Positions 59,301 through 64,000 of a stretch of 64,000 bases of DNA are shown here, piece after piece. The position numbers and the translations under genes were made by a program. Below the pieces are notes generated by a model. It did no database searches, was not told where the DNA came from, and worked only from the letters and a program-made list of their open reading frames with translations. Origin of the DNA: an uncultured bacterium (GTDB lineage Bacteria > Verrucomicrobiota > Kiritimatiellia > RFP12 > UBA1067); NCBI GenBank assembly GCA_902763655.1, contig CACWSW010000002.1:10519-74518 (forward strand). Reading direction: 5' to 3'. The number at the start of each line of letters is the position of its first letter. The stretch's first letter is position 1.

Positions 59301-62300
59301 AGATCATGTGCGAATGTCTGCGACAAGATCGGGCTTACGCGCGGGAATCCGTACTTCGAGAAACACTCGCTGATAAGGTACTCGGCATAGTTGGAGAGGC
59401 CGTCGTTGTCGGCATCGTCCAGGCCATTCTGGCTACGAATGCCGTACAAGTCCTCCCACCAGTCGGGCAGGCCGTCGTTGTCCGTGTCGGCAATGTCGAC
59501 GAACGTACCGTTGACAGCGCCAGACGACTTGCCTGTAGGAACCATTCCGCGCTGGAGGTCGCGAATGTACGCCTCGCGCGCGGTCATCTCGCGTCCATCC
59601 CAAGTCAATATCGTGTCCCAGCCGAAGCCGGCAGCGGCACCGTAGCTCGAGATGGCGAGTTTCTCCCACCAGTCGGGAATGCCGTTCGCGTTGAGATCGC
59701 GTCCCGTCATTTCCCAGGCGTCCGCAGGACCGTTTCCGTCCCACATGCTCTCGCAGCGCTTCGCGAACGCGCCGCCGAGCGGCAAAAGGTCGGAAGAGCC
59801 GACAATCGTGGTACGCAACTCGTACTCGTACTTGGCCCTGGCATTGTTCGCGTCAAGCCCGTACCCGCGCAGCCGCTCGAGCGCGAACTGGTGGAAACGG
59901 CGCTCCATGGTGAAGATGCTGTACGGATAGGGATTGGCAGTGTTCGGGAACAGTATCTTATCCACCCCGAGCTCGCTGGCAGGGGTCGTGCCGCCGAAGC
60001 CTTCGCTCCAGAACTGAGAATCCGGGGCCGAGCCGTCCATGAGCGGCAGATGTCCGACCGTGTTCTGGATCCACGGCACGAGGCGGTAATGGGTGTACAC
60101 CGTGCTGTGGACCGGCGTCTCGTACCACCAGCCGCAGTAGATGTCGCCCGGCACGTTGTTGCCCTCGACCTTGCCGAGGTTGCGCACGTTCTTCGTGAAG
60201 CCGCTCGGCTCCCACGCCACGTATTTGCTGTCGGTGGCGCCAGGCAGCGTCTGGAAGTTGTAGTGCGCGATCAGCTCTGCCGGCAGGTTGTCCTTGCCGT
60301 CGTTGTCGTTGCGCGTGGCGCCAGCGGCCCAAGCGGCATAGACAGAATCGCGAATCGACGACACGTCGTCGAAGGAGTAGCGCTTTTTCATGTCTGTCAC
60401 GATATCGGCCAGCGGACGCGCACCGTCCCACACGCGCACTTCGTCGATGTAACCCTTGTAGAAGTTCGTGTAGGACGACCATGCGGACTTGTCGGAGATC
60501 GCAATGCCGTTGTAGTCGAGAGCCTGCGCACCAAGAACGACCGCGCTGGGCACGGCGGTGTAGCCGTTGTTGAGGACAGGGAAGTTGGACATGTTCGGAA
60601 CCGCGTCCTCCACGAAGTTGATTAGCCCGTTCGCAGGAATCAGAGCCGTCGGAGCCAAGCCTACGGCCACGCCGTCCATGTACAGGGTCAGCGTGGAACC
60701 GTTGAAGGCGAGCACCACGTGCCGCCACTCGTTGGCTGTGAGTCCCGTGCCGAGCACGAAGGACGTGCCTGGTCCCTCGCCGGAGGTGACGGCGTCGTTC
60801 GTATCGAAGAGACCGTACAGGCGGCCGTCCGCCCGGATGCCGATGCGGAAGTTGGCGCGGAGCTTCGCGACGTTGTTGGACATCGTCGACGCGCCGTACA
60901 CGGCCACGCGCTCCAGGATCACCTGGTCGCGCGAGACGTCCTCAGGGCATATCCAGGCCTCGACCGTGAACTGGCGCAACAGGTCGTACGCGGCGTAATT
61001 GAGGCGACGGTAGTCTGCCGAGTAGGATACGGCGGCCGAGTTCTCGCCGGGGAACCAGAGCGCCTGGCGGCGGTCGGGATCCGTGAACTTGAGCGGATCG
61101 GAGATCGGCTTTGCGGTCATGAGCTGCTCTTCGCCGTCCGGCACGCCGTCGCGGTCCGTGTCGTAACCCTCGTTCTCTTCGAAGGAGAAGAGGAAGCTGG
61201 TGTACGATCCGTCGCCGGTCTGGCCGCTTACGGTCCACGGCCATGGATAGAAGAGGAAGATTTCCTCGTCGAGCAGGTAGTACTGCGACGTGTAGCTCGC
61301 CTTGTTCGGGGCGGTTGAGTCGGTGAGCCACAAGGGCGTCGGGTCGGTATGCGTGGGCTGCGGGCTCGTCATGTTGACGACGAGAGCCTCGTCGCCGTTG
61401 CGGAGACCGTCACCGTCGGCGTCGGCCTCTGGCGTGCCGATCATCCACGGATACTTGACGGCGTCGATGTCGCGGTAGGCGACCTCTCCCGAGAGCCAGT
61501 CCTGCGGCATCATCGGCCAACCGGTCCAGGCGTTGCTCCAGAAGCAGATCTGGCCGGCGTATGCCCTAGCAATCACGTCGCCTGACAGGTCAGGCATGCC
61601 TTCCGGCGTCGTGTTTGCGACCGAGCCGAGGAGCGGGTTGAGGCCGTGGAAGAGCTCGTAGTAGTCGTCCATGTTGTCGTAGTCCGAGTCCCACATGCGC
61701 GGATCGGTGGAGGCGTAGCCGAGGGGATCCAGGCGACTGCCGCCAGAAAGGCCGTGCGGCGGCAGCATGATCCTGTAGCCCGTGGCGTCTCCGTAGTTCG
61801 ACATGGCGCGCGGGATGCAGGCGGTCGGATCCCATTCGTGCGGCGGCCGCGCGAAGTAGCCGAGCTCGCGGAACTGCCACGCGCCGCCACCGACGAAGCC
61901 TGCGTCCTTCGTCTGCGAGTAGAACGTCTCGCCGTCCATGTAGTTCATCGGCAGGAATCCGATGAACGTGCGCGAAGACATCGAGCCGTCGGGCATCCAG
62001 CTGCCCATGAGAGGCGTCTCGCTGTCGTCGTAGCGGAGGTGGCGGAGCGCCTGGACGAGATACTCCTGGAAGTTCTGGAGTCCGTCGCCGTCGAAGTCGA
62101 AGTTGCGGATGGTGCGGGTGCGCGGATCCCGGAAGGACGGGTTCGTGTATGCGTCGCCCGTGAAGGAGGCGTTGTCCTCGCGCGGACCGAGCGTGGCGTC
62201 CATGCCGGCCGTGATGTACACGCCGGCGGCACTGCTCGTCTCGTTGGTGTCGGTGCTAGTCGTCTCCACGCCGGTCAGTCCGTCGTTGCGGTTGCATATC

Positions 62301-64000
62301 ATCGTGACCGCCCTGCTAAAGCTTCCGCCGAGCAAGGTCCCCCCTTGCGCCCTCACGCCCGCATGGCACATCTCCCACGGGTCGGGGAGGAGGTCGAAGT
62401 CCGTATCCACGGAGCACGGGTTCATGCCGCCGCCGCGGATGCAGAGGGTCTTGTCGTCCGCGGGGCTGCCGTAGATGAACGTGAACGAGTACAGTCCGTT
62501 GCCGTCAGTGGAGTAGCTCATCGCGTTGTTGAGGACGCAGACGTTCTTCCAGGAGCCGCCTTCCGTGTCGTCGCGGATGCAGTCGCCGTCCGTGTCGCCG
62601 CTCCACGGGTCGGTCGGGAAGAACTTGTTGAACCAGCCGTTGCTGTTTCCGGGATGGTTCTTGTAGATGGTCGCGACCTCGGTCTCCGAATCGGAGTCGG
62701 TCTCCGCCACGAGCGAGACGGCGTTCGAGTAGGCGTTGCAGGAATCCGTGCCGGCATACTCGCGGGCGAGCGCCAGCGTGTCGCCGTCAACCTCCAGTAT
62801 GCCGTCCTTCTTGAAGTTCGGGTTGAAGCCCACGTAGAGTTCCCAGCCGTCAGGCACGCCGTCGCTGTCGGTGTCCGCGCCGTGCGTCTTGTCGGTGAAT
62901 GTCGTGAGGTTGCCCGACTCCTCGCCGTCGGCGGAGGACGAAGAACCGTAATTCCCGTATGTCTTGTCGGCATAGCGGATGTTCGGGTTGGTGGTGCCAG
63001 CCTTGAATATCTTGCCGATTCCGCTCGGACCGTCCTTCTTCCAGTCCGAAAGATCCTTGGAAAGGGACCTGCTCAGGTCCATGTTAGGAGACCCGCCGGA
63101 CGTCATGTAGCGGTACTTCAGCAGGAGGTACTCGTCGAGATTCGAGTACGCCTTCGTGTTGACCGCACGGCCAGACTCGCCCGCGCGGCGCGCGTGGATC
63201 GGGTTCAAGTTGGGATCCCAGCGGTTGCAGACGTAGCCGTTCACGTTCATGCCCCAGGCCGTGCGCGGATCGAAGCCGTACTGCGCGCGCACCTGCTCGT
63301 GGACGAGCGTGAGCTTCTGGTTCAGCTTGACGACCACGTTCGAGAGATCGATGTCTTCACCCCAGTCGATCGGGGCCGCGTCCAGCGGCTTGAAGATGCA
63401 GGTGAACTCCTGGAACGCAGCCTGCACGTTCCCCTTCATAGCGAACTTGTCCGTTGAAGCCCACGCGCCGCGGTTGGTCGGCACCAGCGTGGAACTCGCG
63501 TTGCCGTAGCGGTAGACAGGGATTGCGGCCACCGTGTTCGTGCCGTCCTCGATGATCGTCGGCTCTTCGCCGCTGCTGTCGACCAGCCCCTTGCCGTTGC
63601 TGGCCACCGCGAACATGCGCCCGTCTGGCAGCGTCAGGAGCGCGTAGTCCTTGCCGACCTCCGCCCAGGCCATGTAGTCCTTGTCGGGGTTCGTGTCGGG
63701 AACCGTCGTGTCGTCCTCCACGACGAGCGGGTTCAGGCCGCGCATGATTTCCCAGTAGTCGCTGATGCCGTCGCCGTCTGTGTCCCAGTGTACCGGGTTC
63801 GTGCCGATGGCGAACTCCTCGAGGTCCGTGAGGCCGTCGTTGTCCGTGTCGCGCTCGTCGACGTTGCTGGCGTATTCGTTCGGGTTGAACGCCTTGGCGA
63901 TCTCCTCGGGTGTGATCTTCTTGCCGACGGCGATGTCCTCGAGCTGGAACTTCGAACCTTCGAGGCGCTTCAGCTTGCCGTCTTCCATCCAGCCGACGTA
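56372..64000 (-). CDS. Giant extracellular protein with many bacterial TSP3 calcium-binding repeats and a LamG_3 domain (N-terminus off the right edge; >2540 aa in window)
   Basis: The reading frame stays open upstream of the first in-window Met (..YVGW-MEDG), so the gene continues past 64000. At least 10 DxDxDG motifs, often followed by P-D-x-W-E-x-x-[YH]-G-L-N-P (DTDNDGLTDLEEF, DTDGDGISDYWE, DSDGVPDGWE, DADGDGLRNGDE, DTDRDGVPDGEE, DTDNDGLPDWWE, DADNDGLSNYAEY, DPDKDGWSNYSE). LamG_3 signature: FTVEAWICPE...WRHVVLAFNGSTLTLYMDG...YKGYIDEVRVWDGARPLADI. Confidence 0.85.
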   Translation of the reverse strand, partial: YVGWMEDGKLKRLEGSKFQLEDIAVGKKITPEEIAKAFNPNEYASNVDERDTDNDGLTDLEEFAIGTNPVHWDTDGDGISDYWEIMRGLNPLVVEDDTTVPDTNPDKDYMAWAEVGKDYALLTLPDGRMFAVASNGKGLVDSSGEEPTIIEDGTNTVAAIPVYRYGNASSTLVPTNRGAWASTDKFAMKGNVQAAFQEFTCIFKPLDAAPIDWGEDIDLSNVVVKLNQKLTLVHEQVRAQYGFDPRTAWGMNVNGYVCNRWDPNLNPIHARRAGESGRAVNTKAYSNLDEYLLLKYRYMTSGGSPNMDLSRSLSKDLSDWKKDGPSGIGKIFKAGTTNPNIRYADKTYGNYGSSSSADGEESGNLTTFTDKTHGADTDSDGVPDGWELYVGFNPNFKKDGILEVDGDTLALAREYAGTDSCNAYSNAVSLVAETDSDSETEVATIYKNHPGNSNGWFNKFFPTDPWSGDTDGDCIRDDTEGGSWKNVCVLNNAMSYSTDGNGLYSFTFIYGSPADDKTLCIRGGGMNPCSVDTDFDLLPDPWEMCHAGVRAQGGTLLGGSFSRAVTMICNRNDGLTGVETTSTDTNETSSAAGVYITAGMDATLGPREDNASFTGDAYTNPSFRDPRTRTIRNFDFDGDGLQNFQEYLVQALRHLRYDDSETPLMGSWMPDGSMSSRTFIGFLPMNYMDGETFYSQTKDAGFVGGGAWQFRELGYFARPPHEWDPTACIPRAMSNYGDATGYRIMLPPHGLSGGSRLDPLGYASTDPRMWDSDYDNMDDYYELFHGLNPLLGSVANTTPEGMPDLSGDVIARAYAGQICFWSNAWTGWPMMPQDWLSGEVAYRDIDAVKYPWMIGTPEADADGDGLRNGDEALVVNMTSPQPTHTDPTPLWLTDSTAPNKASYTSQYYLLDEEIFLFYPWPWTVSGQTGDGSYTSFLFSFEENEGYDTDRDGVPDGEEQLMTAKPISDPLKFTDPDRRQALWFPGENSAAVSYSADYRRLNYAAYDLLRQFTVEAWICPEDVSRDQVILERVAVYGASTMSNNVAKLRANFRIGIRADGRLYGLFDTNDAVTSGEGPGTSFVLGTGLTANEWRHVVLAFNGSTLTLYMDGVAVGLAPTALIPANGLINFVEDAVPNMSNFPVLNNGYTAVPSAVVLGAQALDYNGIAISDKSAWSSYTNFYKGYIDEVRVWDGARPLADIVTDMKKRYSFDDVSSIRDSVYAAWAAGATRNDNDGKDNLPAELIAHYNFQTLPGATDSKYVAWEPSGFTKNVRNLGKVEGNNVPGDIYCGWWYETPVHSTVYTHYRLVPWIQNTVGHLPLMDGSAPDSQFWSEGFGGTTPASELGVDKILFPNTANPYPYSIFTMERRFHQFALERLRGYGLDANNARAKYEYELRTTIVGSSDLLPLGGAFAKRCESMWDGNGPADAWEMTGRDLNANGIPDWWEKLAISSYGAAAGFGWDTILTWDGREMTAREAYIRDLQRGMVPTGKSSGAVNGTFVDIADTDNDGLPDWWEDLYGIRSQNGLDDADNDGLSNYAEYLISECFSKYGFPRVSPILSQTFAHDLGQKVPDYFLKVGKTYLGDMFADHDFIEDSWEDLFDPDQVSRFKFDAWADPDKDGWSNYSEVRSGTDPTKQFSMLLDGETLPESPTPTIRLRVFYSGRGNEQLSAPLLIAAYPERFAQQSAPDAVWSVSMSAPQSYSMNLGANTGDIMTFNLGPGSVVPGSINVEFRDPNEFKHEAGGGGVWLHPSSTTWQLGVIEFLGEGTIDTAPLRRGSWGGDVGSVTYETGEMTLDLSKLQDYLYFDNTENVYKYSEPPVSNDWVRLNMAKSFVRVRWSGIVASGNGREWNTCLAMPNVSGRLREGKTMFEVFADKNGDGLWTPGEPYGAVSGVDVGWSGNSVAIEMTDTSPSMMRINLHDAVAASGFEAVTLFTDRGILGNGMAPNVMVPEGTNMPAQTYNSVRVRVAVQAINGREYYQANPSSGKVYPNGVFFDKRINLAENGILTEGDLLADGKYDLGWGDFAAQGTRLGLATASVTSMTFRVVLGDGEILSYNTNNNLSVAFVNQYEGALSSAIPVSPQGAIYSQPTFRWTHDNSIGKAYPAFRLRVWNSATATGAANLVYDSGALPAPPRTINSDGNYEYAWTAPIYPDMMTPQGKVFATTNNYWWSVSMQDAKFSTPGAETRQEFRLEASGQLGKISDYGMIRAKVRYFGPGTVATGRSNDLIRVQAFTSPDFTGMPAGEAMVTDLSQLSSEGEIDVNAVILGVKPGTYYVRAFIDTVGDAKWSQWESWGYGNYVGAVDAVAASVSRGLAANVAATAFPYSPRPYKVAVGEEPPVAEIYIEDMDSDADHLPDIYEYNTEKSLTKRTTPTGATFFTKVNTNLATTVKSYTMLNASSSGQTYAPITLMNSIISGSDPAAMAAAIDLLTDSPAGAESVAVRIDSFSLADGLALSITSDVQPSDAGDLSVFMTTDSANVRVVLVASDSPDFANAKETEVKTITIRANVETKEIVSADELRDAIDTAGLGNSAFFKVKLEQ

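Noticed and set aside
1-64000. tRNA, rRNA, tmRNA, RNase P, riboswitch or other structured RNA genes.
   Set aside because: Every intergenic gap is short (<=460 bp) and is filled by the repeat arrays described. I saw no cloverleaf-like or conserved RNA motifs by eye, and a covariance-model scan would be needed to be sure.

Overview
This is a 64-kb bacterial chromosomal window with visibly high G+C (not computed). It holds about 40 protein genes. I see no rRNA, tRNA, CRISPR array, transposase or integrase. The gene content suggests a PVC-superphylum organism (Verrucomicrobiota/Kiritimatiellota/Lentisphaerota-like); this is inference. Supporting genes are an Amuc_1098-1102-like pilus/secretin cluster, HzsA-like propeller-cytochrome proteins, Tat-signal Gfo/Idh/MocA and secreted FAD oxidoreductases, and a giant TSP3/LamG surface protein. 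Layout: (1) 1-7.1 kb: redox/glycan-type genes plus exbB-exbD-tonB. (2) 7.1-18.5 kb: an accessory block, described below. (3) 18.6-24.9 kb: two convergent HzsA-like propeller/c-type cytochrome paralogs, one fused to an FGE-sulfatase domain. (4) 24.9-44.1 kb: housekeeping genes (tsaB, nadK, rnc, purE, dnaX, rho, coaE) and envelope genes. (5) 44.3-52.7 kb: a PilM/N, Amuc_1100-like protein and secretin operon. (6) 52.8-56.2 kb: kdsD-pta-ackA. (7) 56.4-64 kb: the distal 7.6 kb of a giant TSP3/LamG surface protein. Two things look potentially new. First, the accessory block is a tandemly duplicated two-gene cassette. Each copy pairs a secreted protein built from four copies of an unrecognised ~190-230 aa module with a Tat-type metallophosphoesterase, and a lower-GC VapBC-type toxin-antitoxin pair sits between the copies. 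Second, there are dispersed families of composite palindromic repeats whose arms are tandem 8-10 nt units. They occur in intergenic spacers and also in frame inside several conserved genes (dnaX, coaE, a ModF-like ABC ATPase, a TMTC-like transferase, the HzsA/FGE protein, and the ackA 3-prime end). Caveats on the ORF track: it prints GTG/TTG starts as M, over-extends many N-termini, and omits ORFs without an in-window stop. Most long Arg/Ala/Gly/Pro-rich ORFs in it are high-GC shadow frames.
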